Positions 9,898 to 19,000 of a stretch of 64,000 bases of DNA are shown here, in pieces. The notes below the pieces were generated by a model. It did no database searches. It saw only the letters and a program-made list of their open reading frames with translations, and was not told the DNA's origin. Made by a program: the position numbers and the translations under genes. The DNA comes from Spirochaetota bacterium. GTDB taxonomy: Bacteria > Spirochaetota > Spirochaetia > Treponematales > UBA12059. The stretch lies in assembly GCA_029547205.1 (NCBI GenBank), contig JAKPPT010000142.1, forward strand, positions 6,628 through 70,627, read 5' to 3'. Position 1 is the first letter of the stretch. Every line of letters begins with the position of its first letter.

Positions 9898-10344
9898 TTA
9901 AAAGAGCTGATCCGGAGTTTTTTCTTCGGATTCAACTTCAATAAGCTCCTCTGGTTCCTGTTCCGATTCTCTCACTGCCAGTTGTTCATGCGTACCAGGA
10001 ACTGAACTACGTTCTCCAACTGTATCCTGAATTCGAGTATTCTGTACCGCAGAAACATTCTGCACTTTACCTGCATCAGGAACCTCGGTCGATTTAGCTG
10101 GAGCACCAGTAAACAGACTGTCTTCAAGTTCATCGAGTTTTCGCAGCGCTTCCTTGAAGCCTTCTTCGATTCTACCCTGTTCCTGTTCAACGGTATGCAG
10201 GAGACCCTCAAGCTCCGCTATTCTGCGGTTTGCAGACTGCAAACTGGTCTTAAGCTGTTTATTTTCTGTACGCAGAGCATTGATTACTTGAACCGCCCGT
10301 TCTACTTTTGATTCCAGTGTTTTAACTTGCTCGAGGGTCAGCAT
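9898..10344 (-). CDS. Coiled-coil protein, ZapB-like
   Basis: N-terminal heptad-rich MLTLEQVKTLESKVERAVQVINALRTENKQLK, acidic low-complexity tail, and a position immediately upstream of zapA. Confidence 0.45.
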   Translation of the reverse strand: MLTLEQVKTLESKVERAVQVINALRTENKQLKTSLQSANRRIAELEGLLHTVEQEQGRIEEGFKEALRKLDELEDSLFTGAPAKSTEVPDAGKVQNVSAVQNTRIQDTVGERSSVPGTHEQLAVRESEQEPEELIEVESEEKTPDQLF

Positions 10345-10346
10345 AC

Positions 10347-10706
10347 TTATGCCTTTAATGCTTGTTTTGCTTGATCAACAATAGTTTTAAATGCAGCAGG
10401 ATCACGAACTGCGATATCAGCAAGCATTTTTCTATCAATAGTAATTTGTGCTTTGTTAAGACCTTCGATAAACCTGCTGTATGAAAGTCCTTCTGCACGA
10501 CACGCTGCATTGATACGAACAATCCACAATCTTCTAAATTGTCCTTTTCTGTCACGGCGATCACGATAGGCATACATCAGTGATTTAGCCAGTGCATCTT
10601 TTGCAGCTTTAACGTTTGTTGATCGGCGGCCTCTATAGCCCTTTGTAAGTTTTAGAATCTTCTTACGCCGATCTTTTCTCCTTGTACCATCAACCGCTCT
10701 TGGCAT
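10347..10706 (-). CDS. rplT: 50S ribosomal protein L20
   Basis: [29 protein letters not shown]... is a canonical L20 sequence. Confidence 0.95.
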   Translation of the reverse strand: MPRAVDGTRRKDRRKKILKLTKGYRGRRSTNVKAAKDALAKSLMYAYRDRRDRKGQFRRLWIVRINAACRAEGLSYSRFIEGLNKAQITIDRKMLADIAVRDPAAFKTIVDQAKQALKA

Positions 10707-10788
10707 GGTTTACTCCTCGTTTTCTGTGTTGTGTTTTTAGTGCCTATACAAGAACGGGGTATCTCGTATCGACACAGAAACCTACTAC

Positions 10789-10989
10789 TTATGCATAAGG
10801 AAGCAGACGCTTCTTTATTTCATAGACAGGACCAGTTGCTACATAGCCTGGTCTTCTCAATTTGCGCTTGCGCTTTGATGCTTTCTTGGTAAGAATATGG
10901 CGCAAATTCATTTTCTTGTACTTAATCTTTCCGCCTGCAGTCATAGAAAAACGCTTTGCAGCGGCACTCTTAGTCTTCATTTTAGGCAT
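10789..10989 (-). CDS. rpmI: 50S ribosomal protein L35
   Basis: [14 protein letters not shown]..., 66 aa, located between infC and rplT. Confidence 0.95.
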   Translation of the reverse strand: MPKMKTKSAAAKRFSMTAGGKIKYKKMNLRHILTKKASKRKRKLRRPGYVATGPVYEIKKRLLPYA

Positions 10990-11000
10990 AGCAATCCACC

Positions 11001-11591
11001 TTATTGATTAGTATCATCTGCAACAAGATCATCTTTTGACCGAGTTGTCTTTTTCACATTTCCAGCTTTTGGAGCAATAATCATGGTAACCGAACGCCCC
11101 TCGTAAATGGCATCTTTTTCTACCACATAGGCACCTTCGATTTTTTCCAGAATCTTTTTAAAGACTTCCATAGCAAGTTCCGGATGAGCCATTTCTCGTC
11201 CCTTAAACCGTATTGAAAGCTTTACCTTATTGCCTTCTTCAAGAAAGCCCAAAATATGCTTAGATTTAAAGTTCAGTGCATTATCATCGGTTTTAACATG
11301 AAGCTGAACTTCTTTAAGCTTAATAACCTTCTGATTCTTTCGATTATCTTTTAGTTTGCGTTCTTGATCAAACTTAAACTTGCCATAATCCATTATTTTG
11401 CAAACAGGAGGCTCAGAATTTGGTGCAATTTCAACAAGATCTAAACCTGCTGCGTACGCCATCTGCAAGGCGTCGGTCAGCGCAACAACGCCTTTCTGTT
11501 CTCCATTTTCATCAATCAAACGAACTTCTTTTGCCTTAATCTGATCATTCAGACGAACATTTTTTTTGTCTGCCAATATGCCTCCCTGCAT
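11001..11591 (-). CDS. infC: Translation initiation factor IF-3
   Basis: [40 protein letters not shown] and a C-terminal IF3 domain; infC-rpmI-rplT synteny. Confidence 0.9.
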   Translation of the reverse strand: MQGGILADKKNVRLNDQIKAKEVRLIDENGEQKGVVALTDALQMAYAAGLDLVEIAPNSEPPVCKIMDYGKFKFDQERKLKDNRKNQKVIKLKEVQLHVKTDDNALNFKSKHILGFLEEGNKVKLSIRFKGREMAHPELAMEVFKKILEKIEGAYVVEKDAIYEGRSVTMIIAPKAGNVKKTTRSKDDLVADDTNQ

Positions 11592-11634
11592 AACGCTTCA
11601 TATAATCGAAATTTAGTACCGTACTATACCATAA

Positions 11635-12345
11635 ATGTATAAAATGAGTCAAATACCTATGAATCATTATACTTGCAACGTGTATGCTATACATGGTAAC
11701 CTTATACGCATGTATATTTTTTCACTCACAGTAGCAGTTTTTCTGTTTTTAGCATATCACTTTATAGCATTTGAGCAAAGACCTGTGCTGCTCCGGTGGT
11801 TTCTCTGGGGCATCGTGTTCTGTATTCCAGGGCTCTTGCTCCGCAGTTGGTTTATGTTTCTCTATCCCAATTTTTGGGGCTCTGTCTTTTTGATTTACTC
11901 GTTTGGCATGGCTTTTTTTATTGTACCAATTGCACTCTCAATGGGCGGAATAGCCTTGACACTGCGGATACAGCATAAAACTATTCCAGAAACACACGAA
12001 ATCGAAGCGTTTCAACTCGGCTGGGCAGCATTATATTTATGCGCTCACAGCATTGTATACTGGGGCAAGCTCTATTGGGTCTATGCACTTGCAATTCCAC
12101 TCCTATACCTATGCACAGTACACATTACTATTCCTCTTATCGAACTCTGTTTCAGAGAAAGCTTTCCAGAAACACTCCGACCACTGTTTGCAATACTCGG
12201 TATTGCACTCGGTGCAGGGCTCATTACAAGCCTGCCTTTCTTTGGGTTTGGCATTGTAACTGTTATACTAACAGCAGTTGCAGTAGTAGGTTCCGTTTTC
12301 TTATGGGTAAAATGGCACCCTGCCTTAGTGTCACGAAGCTTGTAA
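11635..12345 (+). CDS. Polytopic membrane protein, function unknown
   Basis: 236-aa ORF made almost entirely of hydrophobic helices. No family recognised and the exact start is uncertain. Confidence 0.5.
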   Translation: MYKMSQIPMNHYTCNVYAIHGNLIRMYIFSLTVAVFLFLAYHFIAFEQRPVLLRWFLWGIVFCIPGLLLRSWFMFLYPNFWGSVFLIYSFGMAFFIVPIALSMGGIALTLRIQHKTIPETHEIEAFQLGWAALYLCAHSIVYWGKLYWVYALAIPLLYLCTVHITIPLIELCFRESFPETLRPLFAILGIALGAGLITSLPFFGFGIVTVILTAVAVVGSVFLWVKWHPALVSRSL

Positions 12346-12363
12346 AGCACTAAAAGCAAAGCA

Positions 12364-13662
12364 TTACAGGGTTCTCGTATCCCAATATTCTACAGCCTGG
12401 CGTATCACTATTCGTGCTGTTTCTATACTGATTGTACCATGCAGCGTATCAACAGCGGCTCTGTATACGGTTTCCTGAAGCTTTTGCAACTCATTATCCG
12501 CATTTTTGGCAGGCTTGACGAGAATGTGCTTGAGTTTTTCTCTGCGATACTGCCAATATAACGTACTGGCTTTTGCATGCGGCGTGTAATCGTACTGTGT
12601 CCAGAGTGGTATAAACTCATGATGTGTGCAGAGTATTGGCTTGTAAAGATTGGCACACGGGTACGAAGCTCCCGTAAACCACACAAGAAAATCATCTGTT
12701 CCCGCAGGAAATTCTACCATGAGTGAAGCGGTTGTAGGATTTCCCAATAAATCGCGGTCATGATTGCAGACACGAACAGAGCTTCCTATGGTGTCCTGAA
12801 GATTGTGTGACTGTAAAATCCCCATTAGTTTTGAAACTAATTTCTGCTGTGCGTCCTGCTTGCTACCTCCAGATTCTGTCGCAGAATCTTTCTGTCCCTG
12901 TGTTGTTTTGTCATCGCAATTTTCAAGAGCATCCAGAGCTGATTGCACAGCCATGCGCCTCCTGTCACCACGTGTAAAGAGGTTCATAAACCGCTGTTCT
13001 ACAAACGTCTTCCATGAGCTTTTTTCACCGATGCGTCCGGCGTCGGCTTCATCGAGACAGGCCATTTGCGGATTAACTGGAGCAAGCATCTTTCGAGAGT
13101 ACGCATCGAGTCGCTTGAAATCGGTTGTTATGCTATACGCATTCGAAATTGCACAGCGGTCTCCTGCATCCTTCCATGCCCAGCAGTGTCCAGCAGTTTC
13201 AAGCACAAATGCCTTTTCTCTGTCACAGATAAGATAGGAATTATCATACATGAGCGAACCACGGTAGCTGGAGAGGCCTCCCTGTGTTTGTGTTTCAGTT
13301 AGTGTTATCAATAGCTGCAAAGCTTCTTCGGCTGTTTTTGATGACATCAATGCTGCTTTTATAAAAACCATTCCGGGAACACCATTTTTTGCACGAGAGA
13401 ATCGGGAAAACACCGCCTCATTGCCAATGGCGACGCCCCATTCATTCACTCCCATCTCAGCGCCATCCATCCAGCATGGAACAGATGCACAATAAGCATA
13501 GCCTTTATCCTCAAGAGCAAATCGTAGAGTCCCAACTGAAAGTTCAGGTTTTGGTTGTCTTTGTGGTACAAGCTCTACTGTCTGTGCTTCGTGTGCATTT
13601 CTGTCAGAATTTTTACCAAATATACTGAGCGTGTTCCCCTTAAACCATACTGTATCACACAT
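12364..13662 (-). CDS. Secernin-like Ntn-hydrolase (peptidase C69 family)
   Basis: The N-terminal MCDT provides the nucleophile Cys. FGKNSDRNAHEAQTV, GAEMGVNEWGVAIGNEA and YLICDREKAFVLETAGHCWAWK parallel the secernin/C69 blocks FGKNSARPRDEVQEV, GAEMGANEHGVCIANEA and YLIVDRDEAWVLET. Confidence 0.75.
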   Translation of the reverse strand: MCDTVWFKGNTLSIFGKNSDRNAHEAQTVELVPQRQPKPELSVGTLRFALEDKGYAYCASVPCWMDGAEMGVNEWGVAIGNEAVFSRFSRAKNGVPGMVFIKAALMSSKTAEEALQLLITLTETQTQGGLSSYRGSLMYDNSYLICDREKAFVLETAGHCWAWKDAGDRCAISNAYSITTDFKRLDAYSRKMLAPVNPQMACLDEADAGRIGEKSSWKTFVEQRFMNLFTRGDRRRMAVQSALDALENCDDKTTQGQKDSATESGGSKQDAQQKLVSKLMGILQSHNLQDTIGSSVRVCNHDRDLLGNPTTASLMVEFPAGTDDFLVWFTGASYPCANLYKPILCTHHEFIPLWTQYDYTPHAKASTLYWQYRREKLKHILVKPAKNADNELQKLQETVYRAAVDTLHGTISIETARIVIRQAVEYWDTRTL

Positions 13663-13837
13663 TGTTTGCCACCTGATTTACCATAAAAATACTGTGCGCT
13701 CTTATGCGCTTATTTTTAAATCTAATTCAGAGCATTGCAAAGGTCAAACAAGCATCATAGCAAGCATAAAAAAACCCAAAAAAGGTTTATACATGCACGA
13801 TAAAAAGTGCTCCGGGCTTTTTTCTTTGAACTGCAAT

Positions 13838-14044
13838 CTACAGTTTTACCGCATTTTTCTGAATCATTGCTCGCATGGAAACGACTATTATGAACTGGAA
13901 TAGTACTGCATAGAAAATTGACAATAATGTAATCGCAATATTATTACCAAGATTGATTTTATCAGAAAGCTGTAAGAAAATAATAATAACGCTGATTAAC
14001 GTGCCAAAAATCGCAGAAAGCGTAAAATATCGTACTACTTTCAT
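13838..14044 (-). CDS. Small 2-TM membrane protein (68 aa)
   Basis: GGAGG lies 5 nt upstream of ATG 14044 (MKVVRYFTLSAIFGTLISVIIIF...). This is the internal start of track ORF 13838..14137. Confidence 0.4.
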   Translation of the reverse strand: MKVVRYFTLSAIFGTLISVIIIFLQLSDKINLGNNIAITLLSIFYAVLFQFIIVVSMRAMIQKNAVKL

Positions 14045-14102
14045 CGTAACCTCCATAAATACAGTAACTATTGCAGACTGGAGCCGGCTATTCGGATACT
14101 GC

Positions 14103-14243
14103 CTATTTTTTCGTGTTAGATGGCTTAAAAATTGCATCGCTCAATTGCAGTGCAAATTCTGTAAAGATTTTTTCAACGTTCTGCACCTCATGCTGTTCAT
14201 TTGTATCAAGCAAAAAAGAAAACTCATTAGTCTGATTTGACAT
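14103..14243 (-). CDS. Possible small acidic protein (46 aa), below the track length cutoff
   Basis: Own translation gives MSNQTNEFSFLLDTNEQHEVQNVEKIFTEFALQLSDAIFKPSNTKK. It looks more protein-like than the overlapping 84-aa track ORF 14141..14395. Confidence 0.25.
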   Translation of the reverse strand: MSNQTNEFSFLLDTNEQHEVQNVEKIFTEFALQLSDAIFKPSNTKK

Positions 14244-14372
14244 ATTGCAGGCTTTAACAAAGATTTTAGAGCAGGGTGTCGATTCTGTTCATCATTTATC
14301 AAATTGCTAAAATATTTTTTAACAAGCAATTCAGGCTCTTTCTTATGTCCCGAATACAGCCTTCCACCTCCT

Positions 14373-14925
14373 TCACAAGTTATTTCTAATTTCAAACAAC
14401 TGCCATTTTACAGTACCCGATTTTTTATTGAGGGTATATGCTATATCATTGATACTCATGTCTTCATAATAATAAAGATATGCAAGCTCACGGCTCTCAA
14501 CAGATAGCTCATCGAAAAATTTTCTGACAAATGCACTTTCTTCTTGCTTTAAGACTTCATGTTCAAGGTATACGAGCCGATGCATCTTGATGATTATCAA
14601 AATCACTATACAGAGTCGCGCTCGTATTCTTTTGGGTCCGCAATGTATCTAATGCAGTTCTTCTAGCTATGGTAAAAATCCACACTCTGCAGTCTGAGTC
14701 TATTCTAACAGAATCGCGGTTCTGCCAGGCTTTGAGGAGAGTATCAGAGGCAAGTTCTTCGCTATCTTCCCGCGATACTGTTCTAAACACACTGAGAGAC
14801 ACCATGATACGCGGATAGAATTTGTTCCACAGAGCTTCAGTCGTTTCAGGAAAACTATAGATTCGAATATCCGTTTTTAGTGTTGCTTCAAAGTCCATAT
14901 ACACAACTATACGATGAAATTGCAA
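14373..14925 (-). pseudogene. ECF (group 4) sigma-70 factor disrupted by a frameshift
   Basis: Track ORF 14563..14925 carries region 2 (LLKAWQNRDSVRIDSDCRVWIFTIARRTALDTLR). Track ORF 14373..14606 carries region 4 (LSVESRELAYLYYYEDMSINDIAYTLNKKSGTVKWQLFEIRNNL). The two frames overlap at 14563-14606. The likely true start is ATG 14898 (MDFEATLK). Confidence 0.75.
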
Positions 14926-15036
14926 ACTAGTTGGGAAATTCTTTTTTATTTATTGCGATTTGTTTAATTTAGCTGAATATAACTGATTGTGTTACCAATT
15001 TTGTAAAAGTTTACGCGAACATTATTGAGTGTGATC

Positions 15037-15110
15037 TGAGACCAGAGGGTCTCGAACCCCCAACCTGCTGCTTAGAAGGCAGCTGCTCTATCCCGTTGAG
15101 CTATGGTCCC
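15037..15110 (-). tRNA. tRNA-Arg (anticodon TCT)
   Basis: Hand-folded cloverleaf: acceptor GGGACCA/TGGTCTC, D arm GCTC..GAGC, anticodon stem GCTGC/GCAGC with loop CTTCTAA, T arm GGGGG-TTCGAGA-CCCTC, discriminator A. Confidence 0.9.
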
Positions 15111-15186
15111 GCTTATACATACATACGATAAGTACTTATGCACTGCACTATACACAATTGTTCGATTTCTGGCAATAGTTTTATGT

Positions 15187-15214
15187 TTGACATTTTCTAA
15201 TTTTTTAATACAAT
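15187..15214 (+). promoter_or_regulatory. Putative sigma70-type promoter immediately upstream of ATG 15222
   Basis: TTGACA (15187-15192), 16-nt spacer, TACAAT (15209-15214). Only 7 nt separate the -10 box from the ATG. Confidence 0.3.
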
Positions 15215-15221
15215 AGGTACT

Positions 15222-16043
15222 ATGGCTGAGCAACAAAATCCTTCACAACAAAATCATCAGCAAGAAGAAAAACTACTGCAGATTTCTCCCTACATTATGC
15301 AAAAAATTGGTATTCAACCAGGAAGCACTTTTATAAACATTGAACGATCGGTAATTGCCTGTATACCATTTAAATTGGGGATAAACTCTGGTAGCTTCCT
15401 TGCTGCAGTTAGCCAGAACGAAACTGTATTTTTTCAGCGTTATCACAATGTATTTGCCAGCATTTCGATGTTGCTTAATACTGGGTCTTCACAGCAGCCC
15501 ATTAAAATTTTTGCCCGCTGTATACTAAAATCAATCCTTCCCGTTAAAGGAAGAGAGAATTTTTGCCTCTTTATGATTGAATGGAAACCATGTCCGCTTG
15601 ATTTAGTCAATGCAATTACCACAATACAGTTTTTATTTGATCGCCTCACAAACGAATACGAAGAGTTTAAAGACTACTATGTTGCTATAAATCCTTCAAC
15701 CTCGCAAGCTATTGGGTATGAAAACCGGGCAGTGCTCGTATCGAACGGAGTGTCCACTAAAATTGCTGCATTTCGGTTCAGTTCAAAGCATATCGATTTT
15801 CTTGTTCCTGTTTCGGGGCCACAACTCCAAGCAAAATCAGCTGTACAAATTAAATTAGATTTTAAGAACTTCTCTGTTTTACTTTCTGGTACAGTAAGCA
15901 CTTCAGAACAGCTTGCTAATGGTGCACAAAAGACTTCTGTGGAGTTAACCTTTTCACCTGAACTCGTTGATATTGTTGAAAATTATCGGTTTATTGACTC
16001 AATTGCAAAAAAATCCGGACCCTCAGCGAACGAGCAAACTTAA
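15222..16043 (+). CDS. Hypothetical protein, possibly a tandem PilZ-like beta-barrel with degenerate c-di-GMP motifs
   Basis: 273-aa ORF with two beta-rich halves and no canonical RxxxR or D/NxSxxG motifs. The PilZ-like call is tentative. Confidence 0.45.
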   Translation: MAEQQNPSQQNHQQEEKLLQISPYIMQKIGIQPGSTFINIERSVIACIPFKLGINSGSFLAAVSQNETVFFQRYHNVFASISMLLNTGSSQQPIKIFARCILKSILPVKGRENFCLFMIEWKPCPLDLVNAITTIQFLFDRLTNEYEEFKDYYVAINPSTSQAIGYENRAVLVSNGVSTKIAAFRFSSKHIDFLVPVSGPQLQAKSAVQIKLDFKNFSVLLSGTVSTSEQLANGAQKTSVELTFSPELVDIVENYRFIDSIAKKSGPSANEQT

Positions 16044-19000
16044 TCTGTCACGAATAAATTCACATTTTTCACGCAAGCCCAGGTTTTCTACAGCAATACA
16101 CAAAATATGCGGCCGTGATGGGTCCAGCTTTATACTGTTTCCGCTTTCTTTAATGATGCGCAAGAGTTTTTCTACTGAAATGAGCGCCACTTTCCCAAAC
16201 TCAATCTCTACCCAATGCTTTTTCTCTTTCAGAGTTTTAATGTGCAGTGTTTTACAGAGAATACGGAGTTCTGCAAGCGCAAGCAAACTTGAAACTTCTT
16301 CTGGCATGGGTCCAAAGCGATCATTGATTTCCTGTATAAGGCTTTCAAGGTCTTCCTGAACATTAATCGATGCAATTTTTTTATAGAGTTCCATTTTTAT
16401 CTGAGGCTGCGGCACATAGTCATCGGGAATATAACCAGTATACGTCAATTCGAGGTAAGCTTCTTCTTCAGGTTCATAATGTTCATGCGAAAGTTTTTCT
16501 ACAGCTTCTTCAAGGAGTTTGAGATAGAGATCAAAACCCACTGCATAGATATCACCAGATTGCTCCCTCCCAAGCAGGTTACCGGCACCGCGCACTTCAA
16601 GATCTTTCATGGCAATTTTAAAACCTGACCCCAATTCGGTAAAATCCGAGATAATCTGGAGCCGTTTCATTGCAAGTTCTGAAAGTGCTCGGTTTGATGG
16701 ATATAAAAGATATGCATAGGCAATTTTATCAGAACGGCCTACCCGTCCTCTCAGCTGGTAGAGCTGACTGATGCCATACATATCTGCTCTATCAATAATG
16801 ATGGTATTTACATTAGGAATATTGATGCCGTTTTCAATGATGGTGGTAGAGACAAGAACCTGCACGCCCTTATGGATAAACCGATGCATGATATCCTCAA
16901 GTTCATGGGGTTCCATTTGTCCATGTGCTGTTTCTACCATAACTTCAGGAACGAGTTGCTGAATAAAATGTTTGGTATCTTCAAGGGTCTCTATGCGGTT
17001 ATGTAAATAGAACACCTGTCCCCCGCGTTCAATTTCAAAACGGATTGCCCTCGCTACCATTTCTGGGCTAAATTCTTCTACCGTTGTTTGAATGGGATGT
17101 CTGTTGACAGGCGGAGTATTGAGTACTGAGAGATCGCGAATTTTGAGGAGCGACATGTGGAGTGTTCGAGGTATTGGGGTAGCAGTGAGTGTCAGACAGT
17201 CAATTGACGTTTTAAGTTCCTTGAGCCGCTCCTTATCCTTAACACCAAATCGCTGTTCCTCATCAACCACCAGTAACCCAAGATCTTTAAACACTATATC
17301 TTTTTGCAAAATACGGTGCGTACCGACGACCACATCAATACTGCCATCGGCGAGTCCCTGTATTATTTCCTTCTGCCGTTTTTTGTCCACAAGCCGTGAA
17401 AGCATTGCTACTCTAATAGGAAAACCTTCAAAGCGTTCTACACAGGTCTCATAGTGTTGTTCTGCAAGTATTGTTGTAGGGGCAAGAAAAGCAGCCTGTT
17501 TGCCACCCATTACTGCCTTAAAAATAGCACGGAGTGCAACCTCTGTTTTTCCATATCCGACATCTCCGCAAATAAGCCTGTCCATTGGTTCTGGTTTTTC
17601 CATATCCTGCTTTACCTGCTCAATGCAAACTGCCTGATCGGGCGTCTCCTCATACGGGAAGGCTGCTTCAAAAAGCTTCTGCCAATCGCTGTCTGGAGGA
17701 AACGCAAACCCGCGCGCGAGCCTCCTCCGTGAATACAGCCGGATTAAGCGTTCTGCAAGGTCTTCGACATGTTTTTTTACCCGGTTTTTTCGCGCTTCCC
17801 ATGATTTAGAACCGATGGTATCGAGGCGAGGAGCTTCGCCTTCATTACCAATAAATCGCTGAACAAGATTCACCTGCTCGATCGGAACAAATATAGTTTC
17901 CTCATTTGCATATGCAAGCTTGATGTAATCACGGACATTGCCAAGAACGGTTAACCGCTCAATCCCAATGAATTTTCCAATACCGTAATTGGCATGGACA
18001 ATATAATCTCCGGGATTAAGCTCAATAAATGTCTCAATGACTTTAGAACGTGCAGTTTTGAGCGATTTTGGTATTCGTTTTCTTCTGCCAAATAGCTCAC
18101 TCTCATGGACAACCGTAAGTTTTGCAGCCGGAACAGAGAACCCCTGCGAGAGAGAGCTCTCCACAACCTCCACAGGAATATCATGTAATACACCGCGAAT
18201 ACGATCAGCTTGCACGGTATTTTCTGCGACAACAACTATGGAATAACCATTGTTTTTAAGTGAAAGCGCTTCATTGCGAAATAAATCGATATTGCTAAAA
18301 AACGATCTCGGAGGCTCAGCCCCCAGGCTTACCGTATTAGTTCTGGCATCATCATGGAGGGCTAAAAAATATACTTGCTGATGTGGCAAATCCGATAGAG
18401 GTTCAACGAGGAGATATTGAGGTGGTGGAACCGGTGCATCCTGCAAAGCCTTACGGTATAACCCTTCATACTCTCTTGTAAGTGCTTCTTTCTGGCTGAT
18501 GAGCCGTTCATGAAAAAGAAAAAATAGTGGCGCACTCAGAGGAATGTACGATAAAATATTCACAGTTTGTGTTACCCATGGGTAATACATTTCTTCACCA
18601 GGGATACTGTTATGTATTTGTAAATGTTCAATAAGTGAAGCAACCGCTTTATTTTTATCGTACCGCGGAGAAGCAGGACAAGTAGCAAGATTTTCTTCAA
18701 GTCGTTTAATTGCATCATCGGTCCAGATAAACTCTTTTATACTATGCAGGAGTACCTCTCTTACTTCGGTATCTGAACTGAGCTGAGATGCAGGATCAAA
18801 AAAACGTATTTTTTCGACCGTATCAAAATTTAATGTTATACGGATAGCATAGTCATATCCGGGCATGCTTATATCAAGCACCTCTCCTCGCACCGCAAAC
18901 TCTCCCGGCACGCTGATACGCGGAACACGCAGATAGCCCCACGTCTCAAGCAACTGTGCAAAACTGCTCACAGCAACAGTCTCCCCGACGCGAACTGTCC

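Noticed and set aside
12803-13237. 144-aa plus-strand track ORF (and 13066..13302).
   Set aside because: It lies antisense to the well-supported secernin-like gene and is a Cys/Ser/Arg-rich shadow ORF.
14138-14143. Track ORFs 14141..14395 and 13838..14137 are in the same frame, separated only by TGA-GCG-ATG. This could suggest a selenocysteine or read-through codon, or a nonsense-disrupted anti-sigma factor.
   Set aside because: The 84-aa upstream ORF looks non-protein-like (TTG start, basic low-complexity sequence). A different frame gives a more plausible 46-aa ORF. The downstream membrane ORF has its own GGAGG RBS at an internal ATG (14044). No SECIS-like hairpin was seen. The shared frame is probably coincidental.
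17092-17454. 120-aa plus-strand track ORF inside mfd (also 17454..17732 and 17585..17809).
   Set aside because: It lies antisense to a strongly supported mfd coding sequence and has no RBS or recognisable motifs.
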